Shown here: positions 24,067 to 35,676 of the stretch, piece after piece
Layout of the letters: each line of letters opens with the position of its first letter
Numbering within the stretch: the first letter of the stretch is position 1
Source of the DNA: Macrostomum lignano
Taxonomy: Eukaryota
Reading direction: 5' to 3'
Length of the DNA: 64,000 nt
NCBI GenBank assembly: GCA_002269645.1
Contig: NIVC01002482.1
Location: 1-64,000 of the forward strand
Position numbers and translations under genes: made by a program
Notes under the pieces: model-generated
Seen by the model: the letters and a program-made list of their open reading frames with translations, nothing else
Told to the model about the DNA's origin: nothing
The model's database searches: none

Positions 24067-25155
24067 ATGGCAACAATGGAGCCGCAGTCCAGCTTTGACC
24101 GTCAATCCCGCCAGCTGCTAGCAGCCGCCCTGGCTGGCCGCCGCGACCGCGTCGCCCTCCTGCTGGACACCGGGCGCGCCAGGGCTTCCTGCGCCGACCC
24201 GGAGGGCACCAGCCCGCTGATGCTGGCCGCCGCTGCTGGTGACGCTGCCATCGCGCGCGATCTGCTCCGCCGCGGCGCCCCCGTCAATCAGCGCCGGCGA
24301 AGCGGTGCCACGGCGCTTTTCTACGCCTGCCAGGCGGGCCGCGCCGACCTGGCCGAGTTGTTGCTAAGCAACGGCGCCGATCCCAGCCTGCCTGTCAGCG
24401 GTCGGCTCGGCGGCTCCCCGCTGATGGCGGCCGCTCAGAACGGCCACGCCGACTGCCTGCGGCTGCTGCTGTCGGCTGGGGCGCCCGTTGATTGGCGCGG
24501 TGCCGGCGCTGATGGCGCCACGGCGCTGCAGCTGGCCTGCTGGCACGACCGGCGCCAGTGCGCGCAGCTCCTGTTGGCGGCCGGCGCCAGGCCGCTACTG
24601 GCGCGCCGAGATGGCGCCACTCCGCTGTCGGCTGCTGCTCAGCAAGGCAGCGCCGACCTGTGCCGCGCCCTGCTGTCCGCGGCGCCAGAGTTTTCTAGCG
24701 CCGCCAGCCCCGCCGACTTGGCCGCCGTTGGCGCCGCCCTGCTCCGCGCCTGCCGCGCCGGCCACACGGAGGCGGTGCGCGCCATCCTGAATTGCGGCGG
24801 CCGGCCATTCCCAGCTGGCCACTTCGGCGCCAGCCTCCACGCGGCGGCGCTGTTCGGCCACTCGGACACGGCGGAGGTGTTGCTGGCGGCCGGCGCCAGC
24901 CCGGTGGCTCAGGACTCGTCCGGACGCCTGCCGGCCGACTGCGCCTTGGCCGGAGGACACTCGGAGCTGCACCAGCGCCTGCTGGGCCTGGAGACCAAGG
25001 CGTCCCTGTTGCAGCAGCGCGAGCAGCTGGACGGTCCCCGGCGACCGAGTGAGCTGTCGGCTTCGATGGCTGGCGGTGAGGTCGAATTCGCCTGCAACGA
25101 TTTGCCTGGCGAGCAGGGCTTCACAGACTTTGGAGACGACTGCGATTTGTGGTGA
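24067..25155 (+). CDS. Ankyrin-repeat protein (about 8-9 repeats, ANKRD29-like architecture), 362 aa, intronless ORF
   Basis: Repeated G-x-T/S-P/A-L-x-x-A motifs: GTSPLMLAAAAG, GATALFYACQAG, GGSPLMAAAQNGH, GATALQLAC, GATPLSAAAQQG, GASLHAAALFGH, GRLPADCA. Good Kozak context accATGG. Confidence 0.92.
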   Translation: MATMEPQSSFDRQSRQLLAAALAGRRDRVALLLDTGRARASCADPEGTSPLMLAAAAGDAAIARDLLRRGAPVNQRRRSGATALFYACQAGRADLAELLLSNGADPSLPVSGRLGGSPLMAAAQNGHADCLRLLLSAGAPVDWRGAGADGATALQLACWHDRRQCAQLLLAAGARPLLARRDGATPLSAAAQQGSADLCRALLSAAPEFSSAASPADLAAVGAALLRACRAGHTEAVRAILNCGGRPFPAGHFGASLHAAALFGHSDTAEVLLAAGASPVAQDSSGRLPADCALAGGHSELHQRLLGLETKASLLQQREQLDGPRRPSELSASMAGGEVEFACNDLPGEQGFTDFGDDCDLW

Positions 25156-25170
25156 CCTGCGCGCCGGAAT

Positions 25171-26250
25171 GGCACAAGCGCGCATAAAGCTCCATAATGA
25201 CACAAGCGCGCATAAAGCTCCGTAATGGCACAAGCGCGCATAAAGCTCCATAATGACACAAGCGCGCATAAAGCTCCGTAATGACACAAGCGCGCATAAA
25301 GCTCCATAATGACACAAGCGCGCATAAAGCTCCGTAATGACACAAGCGCGCATAAATCTCCGTAATGACACAAGCGCGCATAAAGCTCCATAATGACACA
25401 AGCGCGCATAAAGCTCCGTAATGGCACAAGCGCGCATAAATCTCCGTAATGACACAAGCGCGCATAAAGCTCCGTAATGACACAAGCGCGCATAAAGCTC
25501 CATAATGACACAAGCGCGCATAAAGCTCCGTAATGACACAAGCGCGCATAAATCTCCGTAATGACACAAGCGCGCATAAAGCTCCATAATGACACAAGCG
25601 CGCATAAAGCTCCATAATGACACAAGCGCGCATAAAGCTCCGTAATGACACAAGCGCGCATAAAGCTCCATAATGACACAAGCGCGCATAAAGCTCCGTA
25701 ATGACACAAGCGCGCATAAAGCTCCATAATGACACAAGCGCGCATAAATCTCCGTAATGACACAAGCGCGCATAAAGCTCCATAATGACACAAGCGCGCA
25801 TAAAGCTCCATAATGACACAAGCGCGCATAAAGCTCCGTAATGACACAAGCGCGCATAAAGCTCCATAATGACACAAGCGCGCATAAAGCTCCGTAATGA
25901 CACAAGCGCGCATAAAGCTCCATAATGACACAAGCGCGCATAAATCTCCGTAATGACACAAGCGCGCATAAAGCTCCATAATGACACAAGCGCGCATAAA
26001 GCTCCATAATGACACAAGCGCGCATAAAGCTCCGTAATGACACAAGCGCGCATAAAGCTCCATAATGACACAAGCGCGCATAAAGCTCCGTAATGACACA
26101 AGCGCGCATAAAGCTCCATAATGACACAAGCGCGCATAAAGCTCCGTAATGACACAAGCGCGCATAAAGCTCCATAATGACACAAGCGCGCATAAAGCTC
26201 CGTAATGACACAAGCGCGCATAAACCTCTGTAACAGCACAAGCGCGCACC
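25171..26250. repeat. 28-bp minisatellite (atgacacaagcgcgcataaagctccRta), about 38 copies
   Basis: Period of 28 measured (agcgcgc at 25681 and 25709). Source of the three long minus-strand ORFs. Confidence 0.97.
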
Positions 26251-27100
26251 AATATTTCAAGTCAATGTGATTGCAGTTTTCTACCTTATATAATTGACTC
26301 GTGGAAAGTTGCTCATCCTGCTTAAATCATGACTACCTTTATCTAATCTGTGCAATTTCGGCAAATATAAAAAATATATGCATTTTTTCTGCCATGTATA
26401 TATTTACAAAACTTTTCTAAGACCTCTACTTGTAGTAGCCAGCAAGAGATAATTCAATCCCATTGCGTTTTTTATTTTAAACTGCATGGTGAAATTCGGT
26501 GCTCAGGCTCAAGTCGCTGTCCTCACTTGACTGAAAAGTTAATTTCACAATTTTTCTTCAAAAATTAAGAAAGTTCACTGGTCATATTTAACTCCTGACT
26601 ATTTAGCAACATTTATTATTGCAGGAATTTCATATATTTTCCATGTTACACCGAAGTTATTGCTGTGGGAACGATACAACAGGTATATTTACGACAGGGC
26701 CAAAGCGCGTGAAAAGCACTAAAAAAGCATAAGAAATCAATATTTTACAAGGCTTTCATTTGCGGAAGCTCCTTTTGGAATTAAAGCGAAAATGTCAAAG
26801 GCTCTAAGGATTCCTTGCAGGTTGATCCCAATATTAAGGGATAGGTTTACGGCTATGTACAGCACGCCTGCAGTAAAAAGCTATTATAGGCATATTGGCT
26901 GATCCGGGTGTGTTAAAACCTCTCTTGAGTTTTGCTTCGTAAAAGGTTTTCAAGCTAAAATATTATCCGTAAATATTCCTGGACTCTTGTGCAAGCGCGG
27001 CTTCAAAAAGGCTATGATAAAATAGTATTAGGCTTTTACTCAGTTGCACTGTTGCGAGTCATCATTCCCACATTCATGGTTTGTGAACCTTTCGCTGAGA

Positions 27101-27432
27101 TGTGGAGGTGAGCAGCTGAGATCGTCAGGGTGTGGAGGTGAGCAGCTGAGATCGTCAGGGTGTGGAGGTGAGCAGCTGAGATCGTCAGGGTGTGGAGGTG
27201 AGCAGCTGAGATCGCCAGGGTGTGGAGGTGAGCAGCTGAGATCGCCAGGGTGTGGAGGTGAGCAGTTCAGATCGTCAGGGTATGGAGGTGAGCAGTTCAG
27301 ATCGTCAGGGTGTGGAGGTGAGCAGCTCAGATCGTCAGGGTGTGGAGGTGAGCAGCTGAGATCGTCAGGGTGTGGAGGTGAGCAGCTCAGATCGTCAGGG
27401 CGTGGAGGTGAGCAGCTCAGATCGTCAGGGTG
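27101..27432. repeat. 30-bp minisatellite (tgtggaggtgagcagctgagatcgtcaggg), about 11 copies
   Basis: Tandem units, 10-aa period in the ORF track. Confidence 0.95.
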
Positions 27433-27630
27433 TGTATTTGAGGTGACAAATTGACGAGTAACAAAATTTGAAAGCTGGGGGGATGAGAACGTCCGTCTTT
27501 ATGCCCGGGTGTCGGCTATATGGTTCAAGTCCAAGTGGCACAACCATACAAAGTAATTATTTTCTCTCGCCCCTGCACCCTTGCGGACTAGCGTGGCTTC
27601 GTTAGCGCATCTGACTGCTGCCACCTCGCT

Positions 27631-28510
27631 TCACTGAAGTGCGCACGACCGCTTCCGGTGCTTCTTGCTGGTCGTGCGCTTGCCACTGGCGCTGCACTCG
27701 GGCCAGAGCACGGACTTCACCGCCTCCTCGAACACCTGGATTGTTGGTGAAACAAGAGGTTCTGAGAAACACCAGAAAGCAGGGTTTAGCAAAAAAATTG
27801 ACGAGAATCGGACTTAGGATGGGGGAAAACAAGCAAGAGGATAATTAGGGACTCTACTTTATGAGCTTAAGTTGACAGGCCCTTTGGCCTTACTTGATGG
27901 CGGTGTGAAACGAGCTAGTCTCAAAACAGATTTGCAAAAACCAATTAGTTGCCATGCGAATTACCAGCGACACGTTGATCCCCTTGAGCGCCGAGCACTC
28001 GATGTACTTGACGGCGCCAATTTCGCGCGCCATATCGGCGGCCTCATCGCGCCCGATCGGGCAGTCGTTGTGCAGCGCCAGGTGCGCCGTGAACTCGGCG
28101 TCATCGCGCAGGTCGGCCTTGGTGCCGACTAGGAGCAGTGGGGCCTGCGGTGCGTGCTGCCTCAGCTCGGGGCTCCATTTGTCCAGCACGTTGGCAAACG
28201 ACGGCTTGTTGCCGACGCTGAAGCAGACGAGAAAGACGTCGGTTTCTGGGTAGGACAGCGGCCGCAGCTTGTCGTAGTCCTCTTGGCCGGCGCTGTCCCA
28301 CAGGCTGAGATGCACCTGGGCCCCGCACACCATCACGGCTGCGTCGTAGTTGTCGAACACCGTGGGTATGTAGTCAGTTGGGAAGACTCCGCGTGAGTAA
28401 GAGGACAGGAGGCAGGTCTTGCCGGCGCCTCCGTCGCCGACCACTACGCACTTGATGCGAGCCGGCAGGTGAGGGTGCAGGTGCTGCTGTTGATGCTGCT
28501 GCTGGGGCAT
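27631..28510 (-). CDS. Rho-family small GTPase (Rac/Cdc42-like), 216 aa
   Basis: Exons 28510-27965 and 27735-27631 (phase 0). P-loop GDGGAGKT, switch [10 protein letters not shown], switch [27 protein letters not shown], Rho insert, ECSA. Spliced C-terminus [10 protein letters not shown]...[11 protein letters not shown] gives a polybasic region plus CAAX. Confidence 0.95.
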
Positions 28511-28590
28511 TGCTGCGATCTAGGCTGTGCAGTGAGCCCCTGAAGGAGTGATGAAATGAATTAATTAATGGCTGAATGATTAAAGGGAGG

Positions 28591-28747
28591 GACGAACGAA
28601 CGAACGAACGAACGAACGAACGAACGAACGAACGAACGAACGAACGAACGAACGAACGAATGAACGAACGAACGAACGAACGAACGAATGAACGAACGAA
28701 CGAACGAACGAACGAACGAACGAACGAACGAACGAACGAACGAACGA

Positions 28748-28778
<31 letters not shown>

Positions 28779-28860
28779 AGCGAAGGAAGGAAGGAAGGAA
28801 GGATGGAAGGAAGGAAGGAAGGAAGGATGGAAGGGAGGAAGGAAGGGAAGGTTAGGAAGG
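28591..28860. repeat. (CGAA)n then (GGAA)n microsatellite
   Basis: Visible; lies about 80 bp upstream of the Rho ATG. Confidence 0.97.
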
Positions 28861-31734
28861 AATTTAGCCTTAGATTATCCTACCTCAACGAGTGGCTGGC
28901 TTGTGAGCACAGTAAATACGAGCTAATTATTATATCACTGCAGTGAGCTGACTGACAGGTTTCAAGCTTAAGAATGGCCTGGGCAACACGCAGCCAACTG
29001 TTGCGTCACTGCGTGTTTCAAAGTGCTGCTTTATCTTTCCGAGCTGACCGGGCTCGCTAGTTGGCATGTGACTGGGCGCACAAGTAGGTCGAGTATTGAA
29101 GAAGTAAACAGAGGGGGGCGGAGGAAAAGAGCGAGAGCAAAAGGCTTTGTGATAGCGTGAGTCACTATTTAAGCCAAAGCTATAGAAACGAGAACTGCGT
29201 TTTAAAAGCAAATTCTCACGTAATAGGCGCGAGTAGAGAGGAGGTGCTGTTAAATGCGTGGGGGGGGCACCTAGTTCTTATCGAGCTTAAATTATGGTCA
29301 CTTGATGGACTAGCTTTCCACCCTGTTTATTACTAGCCTCAGAGTTTAGCCATCGGGTTAAAGAAACAATTAAAAAGTTATGAACGATTCCAGGGTGTTC
29401 TGCTCCACACTGCTCTTATCCAATATGCTTATTTCGAGTTCCAAAAGAATTTAGAAACTTATTAAAGAAGTAGTCCTGACTTTCTACAAGTAATTAAACT
29501 GTGCCTTGGGGGTTGGCCCTCACGGCCACGGGTGTGAATCCCCCATGCAGACCACAAGCCTCAAGGCTAATTTTCGTACACAAACACCAGGTTTCAAAGA
29601 TTCGGCCTAGTTACTCCAGTACCGACACTGCTTAAGCGCATCATTTTCGCTGACCCGTCCAATCTTTTCAAATTTGGTGCGCGCATCCCTCCACAGCGCA
29701 TCCCGTGTCTAAGGCCAAAGATTTTTTTCTGTCTATGCAGCAGGGTTTCTTTCCGTGTATCTTCAACCCTGGGTCAGGTTTCACCTGTTTGTATACATTA
29801 AACGATTGAAGGCTCCAGGGGTGGCACTGCAGGAGAAATGCTAATGGATTGCTTTGGCAAAACAGTCAACTGGCGTAACCTGCACCTGCTTGTCTGATCT
29901 AGTGAACCCTCCTCTTGACCTTATACTAGGTGATTCTGAACCAGAATCTGAAGTAATATCTCTCTCCAAATCCTCATCTTCATACAATAAGTCTGACTGC
30001 CAAGTATTCAGTTTCTCTGCATCAAAACATTTTGATATCTATAGTCTGAAGCGAACTCCGGCCCGCGGGCAACATGCAGCCCGCGACGTCACTCTATCCG
30101 GCCCTCGGGTCTTTTGAAACTTCAGAATTATAGCAATCCGGCCCGCTCAAGGTTTGTGTCTCTTCTCATCTCTCCCCTTCTGTCTCTCTCCCCTCTCGAC
30201 TCATCTCCCTTCCTCTATCCTCTCCTTCCCCTCTCCTCTCCCCCTCTATCTCAAAATCAGCCTTCGATCTCTGGTCTAAAAGCGATGAAATTTCGTGTTG
30301 CTTTCGTAACTGTAACAAGGAAAATAAATTCAGCCTCAAAACCAAGTTGGCTTGACAATATTTTTAACCAAGATGTTAAAAAATACAACTTACCAATTTA
30401 GAAAAAAATTTAGCTTGTCGGATTCTAATCTAGCGATCAACTAGTTCTATTCTGGTAGCTTAAGCTATAGATAGCTGCGTTAATAGAGTGCTGATGAAGC
30501 TGGCTGGTCGAACTGAGAGACCATTGCCGCTCTGCCAGGCTCGTTAATGCCGATGATCGCTGAGAGAGGAAAGGGGAAGAGGGAGAGGAGACAGCGGAGC
30601 AACTAGCAGCTAAATGACAGTGCAGATTCCATGCCAGACAGCGGCCGAATCTTTATAATGCCTATCGTGCAGTATTGCGTATCTGCCTGCGCTCAGCCCG
30701 CCAACAGGCCAGCGGAACCAAAGCGCAAGCACTGCTTTCCTGACCCGCAGTGTACCGCTCTCTCCTCTCTGTAGCTGCAGCTGTCTCTGCATCGCCCCAG
30801 TTTGCTGCTGCCGCCTCCAGTTGGCTCCGGGAAACTGGAAAGAAGACCCAAAGCGGGCCGGGGTGGGTGCAAGGGTGGTGCGGGAGAGCCACGGAGGGGT
30901 CTGGCATCGGCTACACTGCACACGCACACACGCTCGGTCTCGCACACAACGGCGGCCCAGCCGGCCAAGGAGATCGATATAGCTAGAACATGGAATTTCA
31001 CTAAGTTTGACTTAGTGTTTGTTCAGTTGATAGTAATTAATACTTTCTAAATACACGCGAAGAACCCATGCCACCTTATAATGTAATAATGATAATAGGG
31101 CACGTTAGAAAGCCCTGACTTTCTAATCTTCAGGCATGTACGTCAAAAATCGTAAGGCAGATTTTTTGCTCCAATCTCCCTAGCCCTAGTATTAGAACAG
31201 GGGATGTTTCTCATTCCAGATTCTAGAACTCGAAATCATCATGGCCCAAGCACAACCCACAGCCGCGTCTGCAACTACCATCTGGCGTTGCATCTGCCCC
31301 CATCATTCTAGCTCTCTCCCCTGTCTGCATTTCCGCCTGCAGGACGGGGAATAGCGGGGGCAAACCCTCCAGATCAAAAAGAGCTTTGAAGCCCCAGCCG
31401 TCTGCAACCGTCCGCCATCTGTCTTGCGCAGCAGCTGTCTGTCTGTCCGTTTTAGTCGAGTCGCATTACACACTGCGCACTGGCCGAGCCAAACAGACCA
31501 GACGGGATCTGGTGCTCTTTATAAATATTCGCCAATTTATATTGCGTCGCAGGCTCAGCCGAATTGCGGACAAGTTCATCAGAAATGTTTTGGCACGATA
31601 TTACTTTTGTCAGTAGTAAGACACCATCAGTAGTAAGTGAGTTTTGGGTAGTAGTGAGCGTTTTTTAGATTGTGACGCTTGAAAATTTCTGCATCACAAG
31701 CTGTCTCAACTTCTCAGCTCCATCCATGCTGCCT

Positions 31735-32455
31735 CAGCTTCCCCCGTGCAGTCTCAGCTTCCTCCGTGATATCTCAGCTTCCCCCGTGCAGTCTCAGCTT
31801 CCTCCGTGATATTTCAGCTTCCTCCGTGATATCTCAGCTTCCTCCGTGATATCTCAGCTTCCTCCGTGATATTTCAGCTTCCTCCGTGATGTCTCAGCTT
31901 CCTCCGTGATATCTCAACTTCCTCCGTGATATCTCAGCTTCCATCGTGTTATCTCAGCTTCCTCCGTGTAGTCTCAGCTTCCTCCGTGATATCTCAGCTT
32001 CCTCCGTGATATCTCAGCTTCCTCCGTGATATCTCAGCTTCCATCGTGTTATCTCAGCTTCCTCCGTGATATCTCAGCTTCCTCCGTGATATCTCAGCTT
32101 CCTCCGTGGTATCTCAGCTTCCTCCGTGATATCTCAGCTTCCTCCGTGATATCTCAGCTTCCTCCGTGATATCTCAGCTTCCTCCGTGATATCTCAGCTT
32201 CCTCCGTGATATCTCAGCTTCCTCCGTGATATCTCAGCTTCCTCCGTGATATCTCAGCTTCCCCGTGTAGTCTCAGCTTCCCCCGTGTAGTCTCAGCTTC
32301 CCCCGTGTAGTCTCAGCTTCCCCCGTGATATCTCAGCTTCCATCGTGTTATCTCAGCTTCCTCCGTGTAGTCTCAGCTTCCTCCATGATATCTCAGCTTC
32401 CCCCATGTAGTCTCAGCTTCCCCCGTGTAGTGTCAGCGTCCCCCGTGTAGTCTCA
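31735..32455. repeat. 20-bp minisatellite (tctcagcttcctccgtgata), about 36 copies
   Basis: Tandem units visible in sequence. Confidence 0.96.
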
Positions 32456-33399
32456 GAATTCCCACACCCACACGGTGTCTCAGCATTCTTTACTGCCCTC
32501 ACTGCCCCAAATGTTTTCTTGCCCATCCAGTGGCCTTCACTTCATCAATCTCTACTGGCCGTCTAGCGAGCAGAAGGCCAATCTGCTCACCCGAAATGCA
32601 ACAGCTGCCCGACGACTTCACTACAGATCCCACGCCAAACTCAGCCTCCCAATTATACGAAGTATTTCGACTACTGCAATCCAATATTTCAAATTAATAT
32701 CTTGGGGCTGTTGGCTATGACAACTACACTTTAAGTATACTAGCAGAATTGTATTAATGAAATAGCTTAATGTCATCTGCTGACAAGATAATCCTTGCCC
32801 AGGTTGTTTGCACCCGAGTGGTATGCGACAATATTTATGTCAACAGTTTAGCCTGGAACTGAGAAAAATCAATTGGCCTTTTTCTCTAGTATATCTCTCC
32901 GGAATGAAATAGGCTATAAATTAATTATGCAATTATCGACTGCAATAACTCTATCGATTTTCCCTCGCAGCAGCTGCATGCTGACCATGCTTGGCTGGAG
33001 AAGACACGTTAGCGTGATTGATTAGCAATTCTATCAGCTCATCTGCAGCTTCTATCTATTTAGGAATGCTGTTCTTAGCAGCAGAGCTAGAAGTGCCTTT
33101 CAGAAGTGCACGATCAGAAGCTGAAGCTCCCAGGTAGCTATGAGGCGTTTCCGCCGCCTTCTATTGCTTTTACCGAGGCTCCTAGCGAGCTTAGGAGCAT
33201 CCAGAGCGGCAGAGCGCTACACTCAAGACAACTGCCGCCCAAAGAATACTGAGCTATTATTCTTTGGTGACTGGTTTGACTGATGAAGTTTGACTGGTGA
33301 AAAAAACTTAAACCCCAGTCTGGCTCAGTCCAGTGTCTATGGTATGTAACGCATTTTATTTAATGGCCGGGCCGTGAAATCAGCTAGTGCAGAACAGCG

Positions 33400-33790
33400 A
33401 AAAATTTAGAACAAGAGAAGAAAAATAACAAATTAAAAAGCCAATCAGTTCGTCCAACAGGACACAGAGCTTCAATAGAAAGTTCAGCTCACTTTTTGAC
33501 ATTTCGTCCACGTCGTTTAAAACCAGTAGAGCTGGACCACCGCCACCACCTGATTGACCATTCTGCCTTCCTTCTTGTTGTCGAGGGCGAGCTCTCTTCA
33601 ATCTCTCGCTGAACGTCTGCTTCTGTCAGTGTCTGGAATCGGCCCTTATTTTCACTTATATTATATTTAGAGCGCGCCAACTGTGACGCATTTTCTGGTT
33701 GTATCAGAAAGTCCAGTAAATCCGGAGAAACCTCCATACCTGGGGTCTCAAAATCGCCAGGATCGGAAGGTAAAGCGTCTTCCATGTCGA
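33400..33790 (-). mobile_element. Crypton/DUF3504-type (tyrosine-recombinase transposon) N-terminal relic, frameshifted
   Basis: Frame 1: RFQTLTEADVQREIEESSPSTTRRKAEWSIRWWRW. Shifted frame: LNDVDEMSKSELNFLLKLCV. Together they match the RF..L.E.E...L......T.R.T.W....F..W / ..M...ELN..L..F pattern of Crypton-derived and KCTD1/ZMYM-like proteins. No catalytic domain visible. Confidence 0.55.
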
Positions 33791-35196
33791 ATTGGACTTG
33801 CCAAAAATTACGATTACGAATTGATTAGCTGCTTGAGATTTGGGATCGCCTGGCTGAGTGACACTTAGGTTCAAATATAATAACACCCAAGATTTGCTGT
33901 CTATGGCGTAAAGAATGGCTTCGGACTGCGCCATTCTCAGCTATTCTATACGCCAAAGAAACAAATCTGGGGCTGTTATCTACTTCATCTTTGGAGCATT
34001 CAACTTAGTTTATTTTGCTCCCTTCGGATCTTGATTTCATTGTTTTATTATCGTATAGCAACTAGACATTAATCTTAGTCCATTTCGCAATATCGATCGG
34101 TCACTCATCTCTGTCCAAAACTTCCATCACTGATCTTTGTCCAGGTTCTTGGTTGCGGGCCGTCACCCTGCTCGTCTAGGGCCGTTTCATAGTGTCGCTA
34201 TCTTAGCTTCCAAGCTCATCTTGTTGCTGATTTATAGGTTGGGCCATAGACTTGGCGCAGCAGTTGTCTTGAGAGTAGCGTTCTGCCACTCTGGATTAAG
34301 TCAACTGCTCCCAAGTTCAAACTGACTGCAAAAAGCTATAATGTTGCTTTTATCAGCCAAGTTGATAGATGAGCCAACCGGTATTCCTAATACAAAGCGT
34401 TCGGTTGCTTTCGTTTTAAATCACTAAATTACATTTTTGTTATTCTAGCTGGTGGCACTCGCTATACACTGTTTTAGCAAATACTGATGGCACACTTATC
34501 AACCTAAAGACCCACCGTCAACTAGATGACCTCTGATGACCCACTTTTAAATACTGACTCACCTTGTCACTCAGTAAGCCACTTCAATACCTTGAAAACA
34601 TTACGCCTTGACTATACTTCAACGCCTTAAATGGGGTTGATAACAATGTCATTACTCAGAGGCCTCCAGATTGTTTTTTAAGATTTTTACCTGCAGCTGA
34701 TTAACTATTCAGCTGACGTCAGTTCTGAAATCTGTGAATAAAAGTGCTTGGAAACAAAAACAAAACACAGAAACGCAGAAAAACTGTGCATTTTCTTGGA
34801 ACCTACAAAGCGAAGGTTTGTCTGTCAAGCGTTTCTAGAGTTCACAGCTGCACAGGTAAGCCATGCACACGGCTCTCTCTGCAAACCATTGACGTCAGTT
34901 GTTTATATCTCTCTCTCTCTCTCTGTCATGCTTGAGGCAGTTATTAAACCGGCAAAGGTTGCTGTTATCTTATCGGACACACGAATGTATGCGGGCCGGA
35001 GTATCTCATATATCAGAGAGCCGTGTTGAGCAGAATATTCCAACCAAGATTGCGCCACAGTAGCCAGAGCAACAGTTATTTTCTTGCAAGGCTAATAATC
35101 CCAAACAGGAGTAATCTTCAAGGATTGATGCAAACCACTCTTCGCTTACTCAATCGACGCAGAAGCAGTGCAGACAACTGTAGAGTTCATTTGCAG

Positions 35197-35676
35197 CCGC
35201 AGCCGCCTGGTTATGAGCACACCTGCCTGTACCTGGCCCTCGGCCCGACCGATTGCGCCACAGTGCCCGACAGCGAGAAATATTTCTATTCTTACGTGTG
35301 CGAGGTGCCAGACCGGGGAGTCACCCTGGCCACCGTGGGCCCCCTGAGCCCATTCTTTGCCCAGCTCAGACGCCGGACCGACCCGAGGCGGTACCTGAGC
35401 TCGATCCGACTGGCCAAGAAATTCATCCGGCGATGCGGTCGGCGGCTGTTTCGACAGGCCGGTCGCGAATCTCCGCTGCCCACGCCGCTTGGCGCACTGG
35501 CGGCGGCATGCCCGGCCTTCGGCGCCGCACTGCGCGACGTCCTCGATGCGGCCGGACAACGGACGGCCCGAGGCGGCGGGGACCCGCGTCGGTTGCACAG
35601 CGTCTACCTGGTTGACGGCAACCTGCTGCGAGCCCGCGTGACCGACCGGCTTGGCCTGGCTGGCCTGGACTGCTAG
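35197..35676 (+). CDS. Probable terminal coding exon with a C-type-lectin-like C-terminal end, followed by a basic extension
   Basis: Acceptor catttgcag at 35196. GC-rich open frame PQPPGYEHTCLYL...DCATVPDSEKYFYSYVCE, resembling the QP..E.C....C.....Y.CE ending of CTLDs. Upstream exons not identified. Confidence 0.45.
   Translation, partial: PQPPGYEHTCLYLALGPTDCATVPDSEKYFYSYVCEVPDRGVTLATVGPLSPFFAQLRRRTDPRRYLSSIRLAKKFIRRCGRRLFRQAGRESPLPTPLGALAAACPAFGAALRDVLDAAGQRTARGGGDPRRLHSVYLVDGNLLRARVTDRLGLAGLDC

Noticed and set aside
24595-26260. Three 379-548 aa minus-strand ORFs
   Set aside because: All three frames give the same periodic peptide because the 28-bp unit has no stop on that strand; not genes.
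30480-31640. GC-rich patches with short ORFs and candidate splice sites on both strands
   Set aside because: No phase-consistent model or recognisable motif could be built; may hide real exons and needs RNA-seq.
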